Positions 28,839-39,027 of a stretch of 64,000 nucleotides of DNA are shown here, piece by piece; position 1 is the first letter of the stretch, and each line of letters begins with the position of its first letter. This stretch comes from a virus (lineage: Duplodnaviria; Caudoviricetes), in the IMG/VR virus record IMGVR_UViG_3300031718_000007, positions 1,789 to 65,788 of that record; one strand, given 5' to 3'. The notes below the pieces were generated by a model, which saw only the letters and a program-made list of their open reading frames with translations, searched no databases and was not told where the DNA came from. The position numbers were made by a program, and so were the translations under genes.

Positions 28839-30862
28839 AGGAAGGCCTCCACGTCGCCGCGATCCACGAAAGCGATCCGCGCTTCCTCGTCTTTGTAGCC
28901 GTAAGAGATCGCCAACTTATCACTGCCATATTCGCACATGCCAGCAACAAACTCGATTACGCGGTCATTCATCACGAACGGGCGCGAGACGCGCATTAGC
29001 TCGCCGGTATGCCCGTATTCAACAAAACGATGCCAGTAGAACCGCTTGCTCGATCCCGGTAGGCAGCGCGCTTCATGGACGATCGCCAGATAGCGTGCGC
29101 CCCACTGGATAAGCTGCGAGCCACCACGCAGGTCAACAGTGTACATGCCAGTGTCCGTGACTGAAACGTCCTGACCGACCTCATCTACGACATGACCCGG
29201 TTGGTACATGAAGGCTAACTTACTATCGCCGGCGCGCGGCCAGGGCGCCCAGTTTTTCTCGGTGACGCGTTGCGCCCGTAGCATGCGATGATATCCCTCA
29301 ACGCACGGATCATCAATATCCCAATCTGAAATCCGGGCACGCACCTGCTCACATTGGCCATCGGCGGCGAACTGGCGCACGGTCGACGAGGACCATAGTT
29401 CGCCCTTCCACGAAAACAGCCGCATGTCCTCGAACCCGATCACCAGCGGAAAATCGCATGGGAGTGGGGTCGGCAGCATGATCTCTCGGGCACGTTTCAC
29501 TTCCATAACACAGGGCGTTACAGGCGCATGTAACTCAAGCAGCCAGTTGCGCGTATGGATCGGATTTTCGGCAGTCGCGTTGCAGCCAGTCGTGCCGTCG
29601 TCGTACACGTCCTTGATCAGATACCGACCTTGCTCGTCCATGCGATAGTTCACGGTGCGCATGTTCATCAGATGGCGCCCAGCATGGCGCACGATCGACG
29701 GGTTCATGCAGGTCCAGCCCTCGAACGGTGGCGTCCAATCCACTTTGTGCCATGTGAACGAGGGGCAATATTCCTTGAGCGGCTTCAGATAGTAGAACAT
29801 GTTCGAGCGTGCAGTCTCGCGGGCCTGCACGTACGGGGTCTTCATCAGCGATAACTTGTCAGTCGCCGCAAATCCCTTCGTCCGCATGTGCTCAACATAG
29901 AACCCGTTGATGCTCAATTCCTCCAAGAGGCCGGCGTTATACACGAAATCGTTCACAAACAGCACGTCCTTGGATGGCGGAATGGTCAGCCCTTGCTCGG
30001 CAAAGAACGCCGCGGCGCCGTTCTGGTTGTTGTCTCGATAGTATCGCGCCAGATCATACACGGCCTCCGCGCGTGACGGCCGCATATTGATTGCCTTGAT
30101 GGTCTCAGCAACGAAATCATTCTCGCGCTTCAGATCGCGCATGCAGGCAGCGTACCGGTATTGCGCCTGCCAGACTTCCTCGTCCCAGCCGCCAGCTTCG
30201 ACACGGCGCTTGTACCAATCAGCAGCTTTTTGCGGCATCCCGGCGTCACGGTAGGAATTGGCGAGGTAGAACATGTACCGGGCGTTGTCCGGCTCGTCGC
30301 GCAGACCAGCTTTCAACAGACGGATATCGCGCTTGAATTTCTCCGGCCGGTTCGCGCCGTCAGCGTGGTCAATGCACAGGACCTTATTCACCGGCAACGA
30401 AACTGGCGGCACGTCCAGATATTCATGTGTGACCCCGAGATACTGTCCATAGCGATCCGCGCGTAGAAGCCGCGGGTTCTCATAATGCACGGTGCCAGCA
30501 AACTGCGTGATCGAATACGCCGCATCGGTGAGCCCATCGAACACCGTCGGGTCATTCACCTTTAATTCCATGTCGGCGTCGATCAGTAGCAGATAATCGA
30601 ACGCCTGGGTCTCGCACCAAACCTGACGGGCGCGCGCGAGCGCAGCGTTGCGGGCCTGCGACCAGTTCTCGAATGGCGCGTCAAACAGCCAGCACGTAAT
30701 TTTGTGGTCGGTACACCAACTTGATATCTTTGCTTTCGTGTCGTCAGTGCTTCCCGTGTCAACCATTACGACGCAGTTAATGAACGGGCCAATGCTGTCC
30801 AGCATGCGTTCGATACGTGCAGCCTCGTTCTTCACGATGCCGTTCAAACAAAGACGGACCAT
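28811..30862 (-). CDS. GT2 glycosyltransferase with TPRs and a C-terminal beta-propeller glycosidase/phosphorylase-like domain
   Basis: IVKNE, DTGSTD, ARN, IDAD, GVTHE; TPR-like FYLANSY...WY..R; C-terminal NPSI, EDMRL, EKNW, RGG, IEF..G motifs. Confidence 0.85.
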   Translation of the reverse strand: MVRLCLNGIVKNEAARIERMLDSIGPFINCVVMVDTGSTDDTKAKISSWCTDHKITCWLFDAPFENWSQARNAALARARQVWCETQAFDYLLLIDADMELKVNDPTVFDGLTDAAYSITQFAGTVHYENPRLLRADRYGQYLGVTHEYLDVPPVSLPVNKVLCIDHADGANRPEKFKRDIRLLKAGLRDEPDNARYMFYLANSYRDAGMPQKAADWYKRRVEAGGWDEEVWQAQYRYAACMRDLKRENDFVAETIKAINMRPSRAEAVYDLARYYRDNNQNGAAAFFAEQGLTIPPSKDVLFVNDFVYNAGLLEELSINGFYVEHMRTKGFAATDKLSLMKTPYVQARETARSNMFYYLKPLKEYCPSFTWHKVDWTPPFEGWTCMNPSIVRHAGRHLMNMRTVNYRMDEQGRYLIKDVYDDGTTGCNATAENPIHTRNWLLELHAPVTPCVMEVKRAREIMLPTPLPCDFPLVIGFEDMRLFSWKGELWSSSTVRQFAADGQCEQVRARISDWDIDDPCVEGYHRMLRAQRVTEKNWAPWPRAGDSKLAFMYQPGHVVDEVGQDVSVTDTGMYTVDLRGGSQLIQWGARYLAIVHEARCLPGSSKRFYWHRFVEYGHTGELMRVSRPFVMNDRVIEFVAGMCEYGSDKLAISYGYKDEEARIAFVDRGDVEAFLCASSNLRS

Positions 30863-30918
30863 GGGGGTCTCCCTCAATGGTCCGTCAGTTACCTCGTCGC
30901 ACGGAGAACTGTCAAGCG

Positions 30919-31593
30919 TTACGATGCACCGCCGTGAAGCCCCGGCACAATCGTCAACACCCCGTTATTGTTCCAGACCGCACCGGGAACGCCCGGGCTA
31001 GTCGTCGGGGGAATGAATTTCGAATTCAATACCGGGCCAATGCCACCGGGCGGTCCACTCATACCAGTCGGCCCAGTAGCGCCAGTCTTACCAGTCGGAC
31101 CTTGCGGGCCCGTCAGTCCGAGCAGACCCGTCGGACCAGTCGGACCAGTGAAGCCCGTGATACCACTCGGCCCGGTCGGGCCGGCCATGAACGCCGGGCC
31201 AACGAAACCGGTTGGGCCAGTTGCGCCGGTGAGCCCCGTCGAACCAGTCGGACCTGTCGGACCCGTATTGCCCACGAGGCCCGTATAGCCCGTATAGCCA
31301 GTCGGACCCGTCGCGCCGCCGTACGGACCCTGCGGGCCAACGTACTGAGCGGTGCCAGTGAAGAACCCGCCTGTCTCTCCCGGAGCGGTTGCACCAGTCG
31401 CGATCGTAGTCAGCGTGCCACCAGTTGACCCAGTCGGACCTGTGTTCGTGTTCGCACCTGCATGACCTGCAGGACCGGCGGGACCCGTCAAGGAATTGCC
31501 ATTGAGCGCTTCCACGACCTGCGTGAGAACGGTAGGGATCAGATTGTCGTCGTACGTGTCCGGTGCGACTGTCGGTTGCGGAACGATTGCCAT
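30919..31593 (-). CDS. collagen-like protein (paralog 3), putative head fibre
   Basis: GPT repeats between YDxN..QV..A.N and FIPPT..PGV.G.VWNN.GVLT caps. Confidence 0.8.
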   Translation of the reverse strand: MAIVPQPTVAPDTYDDNLIPTVLTQVVEALNGNSLTGPAGPAGHAGANTNTGPTGSTGGTLTTIATGATAPGETGGFFTGTAQYVGPQGPYGGATGPTGYTGYTGLVGNTGPTGPTGSTGLTGATGPTGFVGPAFMAGPTGPSGITGFTGPTGPTGLLGLTGPQGPTGKTGATGPTGMSGPPGGIGPVLNSKFIPPTTSPGVPGAVWNNNGVLTIVPGLHGGAS

Positions 31594-31596
31594 GGC

Positions 31597-32205
31597 TTAC
31601 CCCGCTGAGATCGTCAGAACGCCGGCGTTGTTCCACACCTGACCCACAACGTGTGGATCAGCCGAGACCGGCGTGAATACAAAGTTGCTCTGACCAGTGG
31701 GGCCAGTGTTCCCAGTGACGCCGCCGGGTCCCTGCGGGCCGGTCGGGCCAACCACGCCAGTGGTGCCGGTGGGGCCGGTTTGCCCCGTGGCGCCGGTGAA
31801 GGATGCAAGTGTGCTCGTGGTCGGGCCGGTCCCGGTGGGGCCAGTCGGGCCAGTCGCATTATTGCCAGAGTTCAGGCCAGTCGGGCCGGTCGGGCCGGTC
31901 GGACCAGTGACGCCGCCAATGCCAGCAGGACCTTGCCCGCCGGTGAGGCCGGTCGCTCCGGTGACGCCTGTAGCGCCAGCGGGACCGGACGGCCCACCCG
32001 CAGGACCCGTGGGACCTGTATACGTGCCAGCCGGACCTTTCGGGCCGGTCGCGCCGCCAGGGAGCCCAGTCGCGCCCGTGGCGCCCGTGGGGCCGCTGAT
32101 GCCGCCTGCGTTTACGACTGCGACGACCTGACCCAGGATTTCCGGGATCAGGTTCTTGTCGTAGTCCTTCGACGCGAAAAGACTGTTCGGGTTGAAAAGA
32201 GGCAT
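31597..32205 (-). CDS. collagen-like protein (paralog 2), putative head fibre
   Basis: Same terminal caps and GPT repeats. Confidence 0.8.
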   Translation of the reverse strand: MPLFNPNSLFASKDYDKNLIPEILGQVVAVVNAGGISGPTGATGATGLPGGATGPKGPAGTYTGPTGPAGGPSGPAGATGVTGATGLTGGQGPAGIGGVTGPTGPTGPTGLNSGNNATGPTGPTGTGPTTSTLASFTGATGQTGPTGTTGVVGPTGPQGPGGVTGNTGPTGQSNFVFTPVSADPHVVGQVWNNAGVLTISAG

Positions 32206-32214
32206 GGCTACACC

Positions 32215-32808
32215 TTACGTTCCCGGTCCCGCGGACACTGTGAGGACACCGTTCTTGTTCCACACTTGCCCGGTGACACCGGGGCTCGAAGTCGGCGGGA
32301 TGAAGATGTTGCCCATGACGTTCAGGCCGGTCGCACCCGTCGGGCCGGTCAAGCCAAACGCGCCGTACGGGCCTTGCGCGCCTGTGGCGCCGGTGTTGCC
32401 AGTGGGACCAGTCGGACCTTGTTTGCCGGTGGCGCCAGTCGCCCCCGTGCCACCGCCCGTCGGGCCAGTGGGGCCAGTCGTGCCAACGCCGGGGCCTGTC
32501 ACACCAACAGGGCCAGCGGCACCAGTTTGACCTGAGACACCCGTAACGCCGGTCGGGCCAGTGAAACCAGTCGGGCCGCGCCAGCCAAAAGAGCCTTGCG
32601 GTCCAGTATTCGCGCCAGTCGGACCTGTGGGACCCGTCATACCGTTACCGGCGGGACCAGTCGGACCAGTACCAGAGCCAGTTGGGCCAGTCGGGCCAGT
32701 CGCAGCGCCAAGCTGACCGTTGTTGATCGCTGCAGCAACCTGCGCGAGGATATTGCCAACCGAATTGCGGTCGGCGTCATACGAACCTGTTACACCGGTG
32801 AACGTCAT
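32215..32808 (-). CDS. collagen-like protein (paralog 1), putative head fibre
   Basis: Same terminal caps and GPT repeats; directly after the portal gene. Confidence 0.8.
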   Translation of the reverse strand: MTFTGVTGSYDADRNSVGNILAQVAAAINNGQLGAATGPTGPTGSGTGPTGPAGNGMTGPTGPTGANTGPQGSFGWRGPTGFTGPTGVTGVSGQTGAAGPVGVTGPGVGTTGPTGPTGGGTGATGATGKQGPTGPTGNTGATGAQGPYGAFGLTGPTGATGLNVMGNIFIPPTSSPGVTGQVWNKNGVLTVSAGPGT

Positions 32809-32861
32809 GGCGCGATCCTTGAATTCTAGTGGACACTACGCAGTCGGCAGTTGCGATCTCC

Positions 32862-35180
32862 TTAACCGACGCCGGCGGAAATCGGCTTAGCATTTTTTCC
32901 TGGCTGATTACCAGTCAAATTCGTAGCTGGGCCCATACCTTGTCGGGTCATAGGCGAAGGCTGGCTGCCTTGGCTCGCCGCGGCGCGCGCCGCCATCCCG
33001 CCGGGCCCAAGGTCCATGGCCGGATTATTAGTCTGCGGCTGCGGGGGCGCACCGGGTTCTTGCCCGGGCATGCTGCCAGGGGTGCCAATGTGGGTCGGCA
33101 TCCCCTCCGGCATACCAAACTGCTGCGCGATATCGCCGGCCGTGAGTTCAGTGGCGATCCGCTGGACGCCCTGCGCGACGCCCTTCATGACACCTTGCTG
33201 AACAACCTTCCCGATCGGGCCGGTTTGCTGCTGTTGCTGCTGCTGCGCCGCCATCCGTTCAAGCTGATCCTCTGGCGGAACGACCTGTTCGCCATTGAGA
33301 CCGATAGTCTGCGACACCGCGCGGAGCACTTCGCCACGCCCCTTGATGCCCACGATGGACATGTCAGTCGGATTGTTCGTAGCGCCCAGGAACTCGATCT
33401 GGCGCTGCCGGATCGTCTCGCGCTGGATGGCCACGTTAACGCCCTGGACCGTGATGCGTTCCTCACCAGTCAGGATGCCGCTTGTGTCGGTCAGCATGAT
33501 CAGGTCGGCAAGCTGTTTCAGCGCCGGCTCCATCACGTCGCGGTCGATATTCGCGCTGACCGTCTGCAAAATTTTACTCGCGTTGCCCATGAGCATCGCG
33601 AGACCTGAAGCCGTGCGCCCGGCGCCGCCGCCAGCTTGGCCGCCGACGTATTTCGGGATCGCGGACACGTCATCTGCGATCTGGATCAGTTCCTGATAGG
33701 CCTGCATCAACTGCTGTACGTTCGAGGTCGGCATGAAGAAGCTGACCGGCTGCTGCCCCGCGTTCCCGAGGGGATCATTGCGGACGTGCCAGCGCTTCCA
33801 GGCGTACAGGTCATCAGTGTTCTCGCCCGGCGTCAGGCGGTCGTCATTGATCACCACCTGGGGACCAGACGAAATCGAGAGGTTGTTCACCAGCGAGCGC
33901 AGACAGGCGTTCGCAGCCTCTTGGATATCCAAGAGTAGGTCGCACAGCGAGTTGCCCACCGGCGTGCCTGGGACTTTTTCGAACGACGTGATGAAATAGG
34001 GGTGCCGCTGCCGCGGGCTCGGGGAGAGATTGGCCTTGATAACATGGCTGCCCACGCACCACACCTGGACGTGATAGTCGCGCAACTCGTCCGGCACCGC
34101 GAGGCCATAATCCTGAAGGATGCGCCCCTGCACGTTACCATTGAATTCCATCATGGAAATCAGCGCGGACCGGTTCCAGGCCGGATTTTCGCGGCTTTCA
34201 AGGACGGCGCGCTCGGCGTCCGTCGTGTCCCAGTTGTCATAGAGGCCGCCGCGGCCATACTCGTCCAAAACCGCCCGAATTTCGTCGTGATTGTAGCCGG
34301 GCAGATCGAGCATGTCATTGAGTTCGCTACGCGTAAGGCGAGATTTTTCAATGGTATTTGCGTTCGAAATATCTGCTACGCCCGGCGTGAACCACAGGTC
34401 GAACGGCGACACGCGCTCCCACATAAGGCGCGGCTTCTGCATGATGGTCGGCTGTCCACCGCCTTTGGGCCACACGACCTCGGGGCAAATTCGCACTATC
34501 GGGCCCTTCAGGACCGCGAAAGGGAACACCGGAAGATCAACAAGGAACTCTGCGAGCGCGTTGTAAAACTCGCCCTGCCGCAGCATGTCCTCAATCTTGT
34601 CCTCGCTGTCCCGGGCCTGCTGGCCAGCTTTCTTTTTGGCCGCGTCCATCGCGCTATCCATGAGCGCCATGCGGCGCTGCTGTACGTCCTGAGCCTGCGG
34701 AGGCTGCCCTTTTTGCTGCTGAACTAGCTGATTTTCCTGCTGCAGGAGCGCATTGATCGACTGCGTGATCTCATCCGGAATTTCCGGCTGCGCCGGTGGC
34801 CGCACCGCATATGGGCGGTCCTGAGACAGGTAAATGTCGCGGAGCAACGAACTGGCCGCGCGGCACTTCTGCGCGATCACGCGGGCGTAAATGGTCGAAC
34901 CGCCCCACTTCGTGATCTCCATCAGCTTCGTGGCGTCATACTGACCGTTGAAGGTCCGGAGAGACTGCAGGAGCCGTTCGGACCAGCCAGACGACGTGTT
35001 GCGATGGTTGCGGAAAATTTCGAATTGCCCCCGGATATAGGAAATCAGTTGCTGCGGGGGCGGCGGGGGGTTGTTGAGCACATTCGCCTGGGCCGCGGCG
35101 CGCTGGGTAAGCTGCGCCTCAAGCTGCGCAGGCGGGATCACCTGCAACACACCTTGCTGACCCAAACTCTGGTCGCTCAT
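32862..35180 (-). CDS. portal protein
   Basis: 772 aa, RVSPFD, GPQV, G...TASGLAMLM motifs; first gene of the structural operon. Confidence 0.85.
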   Translation of the reverse strand: MSDQSLGQQGVLQVIPPAQLEAQLTQRAAAQANVLNNPPPPPQQLISYIRGQFEIFRNHRNTSSGWSERLLQSLRTFNGQYDATKLMEITKWGGSTIYARVIAQKCRAASSLLRDIYLSQDRPYAVRPPAQPEIPDEITQSINALLQQENQLVQQQKGQPPQAQDVQQRRMALMDSAMDAAKKKAGQQARDSEDKIEDMLRQGEFYNALAEFLVDLPVFPFAVLKGPIVRICPEVVWPKGGGQPTIMQKPRLMWERVSPFDLWFTPGVADISNANTIEKSRLTRSELNDMLDLPGYNHDEIRAVLDEYGRGGLYDNWDTTDAERAVLESRENPAWNRSALISMMEFNGNVQGRILQDYGLAVPDELRDYHVQVWCVGSHVIKANLSPSPRQRHPYFITSFEKVPGTPVGNSLCDLLLDIQEAANACLRSLVNNLSISSGPQVVINDDRLTPGENTDDLYAWKRWHVRNDPLGNAGQQPVSFFMPTSNVQQLMQAYQELIQIADDVSAIPKYVGGQAGGGAGRTASGLAMLMGNASKILQTVSANIDRDVMEPALKQLADLIMLTDTSGILTGEERITVQGVNVAIQRETIRQRQIEFLGATNNPTDMSIVGIKGRGEVLRAVSQTIGLNGEQVVPPEDQLERMAAQQQQQQQTGPIGKVVQQGVMKGVAQGVQRIATELTAGDIAQQFGMPEGMPTHIGTPGSMPGQEPGAPPQPQTNNPAMDLGPGGMAARAAASQGSQPSPMTRQGMGPATNLTGNQPGKNAKPISAGVG

Positions 35181-35286
35181 GATTGACGTTTCCTACGGCG
35201 CCGGCACAGGGAGCGAACCTAACTACCGCGACGTTAATAGATACTTTAGGCTTGCCGCGCGCTTATGGCCGCCGTAGGTTCGAACC

Positions 35287-35979
35287 ATGACAGCAACCGG
35301 CCCGCCATCCGTGCCCGTTACAGCGCCTGTAACGCTGCCGCCCGACTTCACGATCCACCAGATCGCCGCCCTCGTGCGCGACGTGGCCGTGCAGTTGGAG
35401 GACATGCCGGTCATCCTCAAAAAGCACGGACTGAGCAAGCAACAGTACGACAGCCTCGCCGGCAATCAGTTCTTCCAGAACGTCCTTCAAGAGGCTGTCA
35501 AAAACTGGCACAGCCCGCAGTCGACCAAGGAACGGGTTGCACTCGGCGCTCTCCTTGCGCTAGAAGATGCGCTCCCCCGCATCGCTGCGCGCATGACCGC
35601 TGGCAGGGAAGACCTCGCTGATGTTGTCGAAACAGCCAAACTGTTCGCAGACCTCGCAGGGATCGGCCCGAAGCAAAACCAGCAAGTCCAGCCGTCGGGC
35701 GAAAAATTCTCGATCAACATCAACCTCGGCAGCGACGTTGAGCAGTTCAATACGACGCGCCCAGTGGCGTCAGTACAACAATTCGGCGAAGGGTCTGGCA
35801 CGCACACAGCGCTACGACCAATCATCGAAGGGGAGAGCCAAGCAGTTCAGCTTTCGACGTTCCCCGAAAATGATCATCGCGCAGTACCGATACGATCACT
35901 CCCCCAAGGGGATAGCGAGACGGGCCCGGCTGGACAAAAGCCGCCGCCTGAAACGCGCATTGCTACGGGCCTCAATTAA
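35287..35979 (+). CDS. putative terminase small subunit
   Basis: Helical N-terminal domain, G.KFSININLG motif, upstream of TerL. Confidence 0.6.
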   Translation: MTATGPPSVPVTAPVTLPPDFTIHQIAALVRDVAVQLEDMPVILKKHGLSKQQYDSLAGNQFFQNVLQEAVKNWHSPQSTKERVALGALLALEDALPRIAARMTAGREDLADVVETAKLFADLAGIGPKQNQQVQPSGEKFSININLGSDVEQFNTTRPVASVQQFGEGSGTHTALRPIIEGESQAVQLSTFPENDHRAVPIRSLPQGDSETGPAGQKPPPETRIATGLN

Positions 35980-35990
35980 CGGAGAAAACA

Positions 35991-37103
35991 ATGGGCATTC
36001 TTAAAACCGACACCGATCGGCTAAAAGACGCTGTCAACGAGCAGCGGAAGCTTCAACGCGAACTCACCGCCAGCCGTGCGCTTGTGCGCCGCCTGGAAAA
36101 GGACGCAGACCTCGCGGACCGGGTCTCGCAGATCGTCGGCAATATCATGGAACGCCAGCCGAAACCACCGGCCTGGACGTTCGGTAAGGGCGCTCCGAAC
36201 AGTGAGCGCGGCGGCCCCGTCCTGATGGTCAGCGACATTCACCACGGCGAGCGCATCAGCAAGCGCGAGACCGGCGGCCTTAACGAATTCAATCGTGATA
36301 TCTCAGCCCGACGCCTCGAACGCCTGTTCAGCACAACCGTGGACTTGTGCGAGAACCACATGGGCCGCGCCGGCCGCAAATACCCTGGCATTGTCGTGTG
36401 TCTGGGTGGCGATCTGATCGGCGGTGATATCCATGAAGAACTAGCTGTCACGAACGAACTGACCCCGCAGGAAGCCGTCGACGATCTGACTGATCTTCTG
36501 GCTGGCGGGATAGAGAGCCTGCTGCAATATTTTGGCAACGTGTTCGTGCCGGGCGTCGTCGGCAATCACGGGCGTGGCACGCTCAAGCCGCGCGCGAAGG
36601 GCGCCGTCTTCACGAACTACGACTGGCTGATCATGCGCAATCTGAAGCGCTATTTCGAGGCCAAGGGCGAGGAACGCGTAAAATTCCTGATCCCGCCGGA
36701 GCCCGATGCCTATTTCACCGTCTATGGGACACGGTTTCTGCTCACCCACGGCGACCGGATGGGCGTCAAGGGCGGCGACGGCATCATTGGCGCGCTCGGC
36801 CCGATCGCTCGCGGCATCATCAAGATCGGCAACAGTTACAGCCATATCGGCGTCGACTTCGATTTCTTGCTCGGCGGCCACTACCACCAGCTTTTCTGGC
36901 TCCCGAACGCGATCTTTAACGGCTGCGTAAAGGGCTACGATGAATACGCCCGGCTCGTGCTACGCGTGCCTTATGGCCGGCCTACTCAGGCGCTGTTCTT
37001 CGTGCATCCGGAACACGGCATCACCGCCCGCTGGGCCGTCTACCTCGAAGGCCGCAAGCGCGCGCATCAAGATAACGCCTGGGTGCAATGGCAGGACCAG
37101 TAA
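35991..37103 (+). CDS. calcineurin-like metallophosphoesterase
   Basis: SDIH, GGD, GNHG, THGD and GHYH motifs. Confidence 0.85.
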   Translation: MGILKTDTDRLKDAVNEQRKLQRELTASRALVRRLEKDADLADRVSQIVGNIMERQPKPPAWTFGKGAPNSERGGPVLMVSDIHHGERISKRETGGLNEFNRDISARRLERLFSTTVDLCENHMGRAGRKYPGIVVCLGGDLIGGDIHEELAVTNELTPQEAVDDLTDLLAGGIESLLQYFGNVFVPGVVGNHGRGTLKPRAKGAVFTNYDWLIMRNLKRYFEAKGEERVKFLIPPEPDAYFTVYGTRFLLTHGDRMGVKGGDGIIGALGPIARGIIKIGNSYSHIGVDFDFLLGGHYHQLFWLPNAIFNGCVKGYDEYARLVLRVPYGRPTQALFFVHPEHGITARWAVYLEGRKRAHQDNAWVQWQDQ

Positions 37104-38603
37104 ATGGCGGGCAGTCTGGACTACACGGCGCCGTACACCTGCGCCCGGTTTATGAAGTCGGAGGCTTTCGGACGGATAATCACCGGCCCAGTAGGCTCCG
37201 GCAAGACGACGGCGTGCGTGATCGAGCTACTGCGCCGTGCCATGATGCAGACCCCCGGCAAGGACGGCTATCGCTATACCCGGTTCGCTATCATCCGGCA
37301 GACGTTGAAGCAGTTGAAAGACACTGTGCTTAAAGACTGTGATACGTGGCTCGCGACAAACGGTCTCGGCGTCTGGAAAGTCAGCGATAGCACGTACCAT
37401 GTTTGCTTTGATAACGTCCGCAGCGAGTGGGTGTTCCTGCCCCTTGAGAGCGCTGAGGATCAAGCCCGCGTCCTGTCGATGCAGTTGACGGGGTCCTGGA
37501 TATCAGAAGCGATCGAGAGCGATATTTCAATCTTGGCGCCGATCTCCGGCCGTCTCGGCCGCTACCCGAGCGGCGCGCGCGGGACGCCGACATGGCACGG
37601 GATCATCGCCGACACGAACATGCCGACCGAAATGACGGACTGGCACAAGTTCATGACGACGATCGAGGCCCAGCAGGTCCCGGACTGGCAACTGTTTCAC
37701 CAGCCGGGCGGCATGGACCCGCGAGCGGAGAACTTGGACAACCTGTTACAGACGCCTGTAACGTCGAAGCTGCCCGAGAGCCATCCAGCCCGGCTCGCGC
37801 AGGGGCGCAAGTATTACGAGCGCTTCGTCAACATGTACGGCGAGCAGAGCGACTGGGTGAAGCGCTACGTTCATGCCCAGTACGGCGACGACCCGAGCGG
37901 TTCCGCGGTCTTCAAGAACACGTTTAAGCCAGATTTTCACATTGTTGACGAAACGAGCCTATTCCCTGGATATCCGATCCTCGTGGGCCAGGACTTCGGG
38001 CGCAACCCATGGAGCCTGATTGCCCAGTGTGATCACCAAGGAAGGCTGATCATCCATGAAGAAGTCCCAGGGATCAACGTCGGGCTCGAAAAACATATCC
38101 AGTACAACCTGCGACCCCGACTGCTCAGCGACCGGTACATGGCCTTCCGGGTGGCTCTGGTGGGCGACCCGGCCGGCGTGGCGAAAGACAGCCACAGCGA
38201 GGAAAGCAGCTTTGAACTCCTTCAGCGATTTGGCTTCCCTGCGTTCCCGGCTGTTACAAACTCCATTGAGCCCCGAATTCGAGCCGTTGAGGCCCTTCTA
38301 CTGCGACAAACTAACGGAGGCCCAACACTCGTTATTAACCGCGGTGGCTGCCCTATCCTATGTCGAGCGCTTGCTGGCGGGTATCGCTTTGCAAAAACAA
38401 AGGGGGGAATTCTCAAACCCGTCCCCGACAAGGAAAACGGTGTCCAGGTGGACGGCGTTCATATCGCATTTTCGCACGTAGTCGACGATCTGCAGTATCT
38501 GGCGCTCACGGTGCATGGCGGCGTGACCAGCTACATCGGTGAGTACATGCGGCCGCGCCCGCGGCCCGCAGGACCCCGCATTACAGCGGCCGGCTGGACT
38601 TAA
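37104..38603 (+). CDS. terL: terminase large subunit
   Basis: Walker A GPVGSGKT, Walker B-like WISE, GQDFG nuclease motif, GDPAG, SHVVDDLQY. Confidence 0.92.
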   Translation: MAGSLDYTAPYTCARFMKSEAFGRIITGPVGSGKTTACVIELLRRAMMQTPGKDGYRYTRFAIIRQTLKQLKDTVLKDCDTWLATNGLGVWKVSDSTYHVCFDNVRSEWVFLPLESAEDQARVLSMQLTGSWISEAIESDISILAPISGRLGRYPSGARGTPTWHGIIADTNMPTEMTDWHKFMTTIEAQQVPDWQLFHQPGGMDPRAENLDNLLQTPVTSKLPESHPARLAQGRKYYERFVNMYGEQSDWVKRYVHAQYGDDPSGSAVFKNTFKPDFHIVDETSLFPGYPILVGQDFGRNPWSLIAQCDHQGRLIIHEEVPGINVGLEKHIQYNLRPRLLSDRYMAFRVALVGDPAGVAKDSHSEESSFELLQRFGFPAFPAVTNSIEPRIRAVEALLLRQTNGGPTLVINRGGCPILCRALAGGYRFAKTKGGILKPVPDKENGVQVDGVHIAFSHVVDDLQYLALTVHGGVTSYIGEYMRPRPRPAGPRITAAGWT

Positions 38604-38983
38604 TCTTTCTTGTTCGTGTCAGTGGTGTGAATTGTGGTGGTCTGCTGTCCCAGGACAGAGGACGCGGACTGCTCCACCGTGGTCTGAACGTGCATCAGCA
38701 CGCCGAGTTCTTTAAGCTGATTGACAATGCGTGTCTGCTTGTACTGCAGCTTCGCGACCCGCAACGCGTCCCGGCGCTCCCGACGGCGCTTTCGCCATGC
38801 CTGACAGGTGGGGCTCTCATAGATTTGCATCATATAAAACGCAAACGCCCCGAACGCGGCCATTGTGCCAAATAAAGCAGGCAACAGGCCCAAAACTGAC
38901 AAAAGTGCCACGAAAATGCCCCCAGGTGGCAGCACATGTGCCACCATTGAGTGATGCGTCAGCGGCGCCAGATCGTCTTGCAT
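38600..38983 (-). CDS. membrane protein (holin-like topology)
   Basis: Two hydrophobic segments followed by a basic cluster. Confidence 0.5.
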   Translation of the reverse strand: MQDDLAPLTHHSMVAHVLPPGGIFVALLSVLGLLPALFGTMAAFGAFAFYMMQIYESPTCQAWRKRRRERRDALRVAKLQYKQTRIVNQLKELGVLMHVQTTVEQSASSVLGQQTTTIHTTDTNKKD

Positions 38984-39027
38984 GGCGAACTTGCCTCAAC
39001 CAGTAACCCCACCTGCGCAGGGATTTC

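Noticed and set aside
17599-32530. PVGPV-repeat ORFs on the plus strand
   Set aside because: Reverse-complement reading of the collagen GPT repeats
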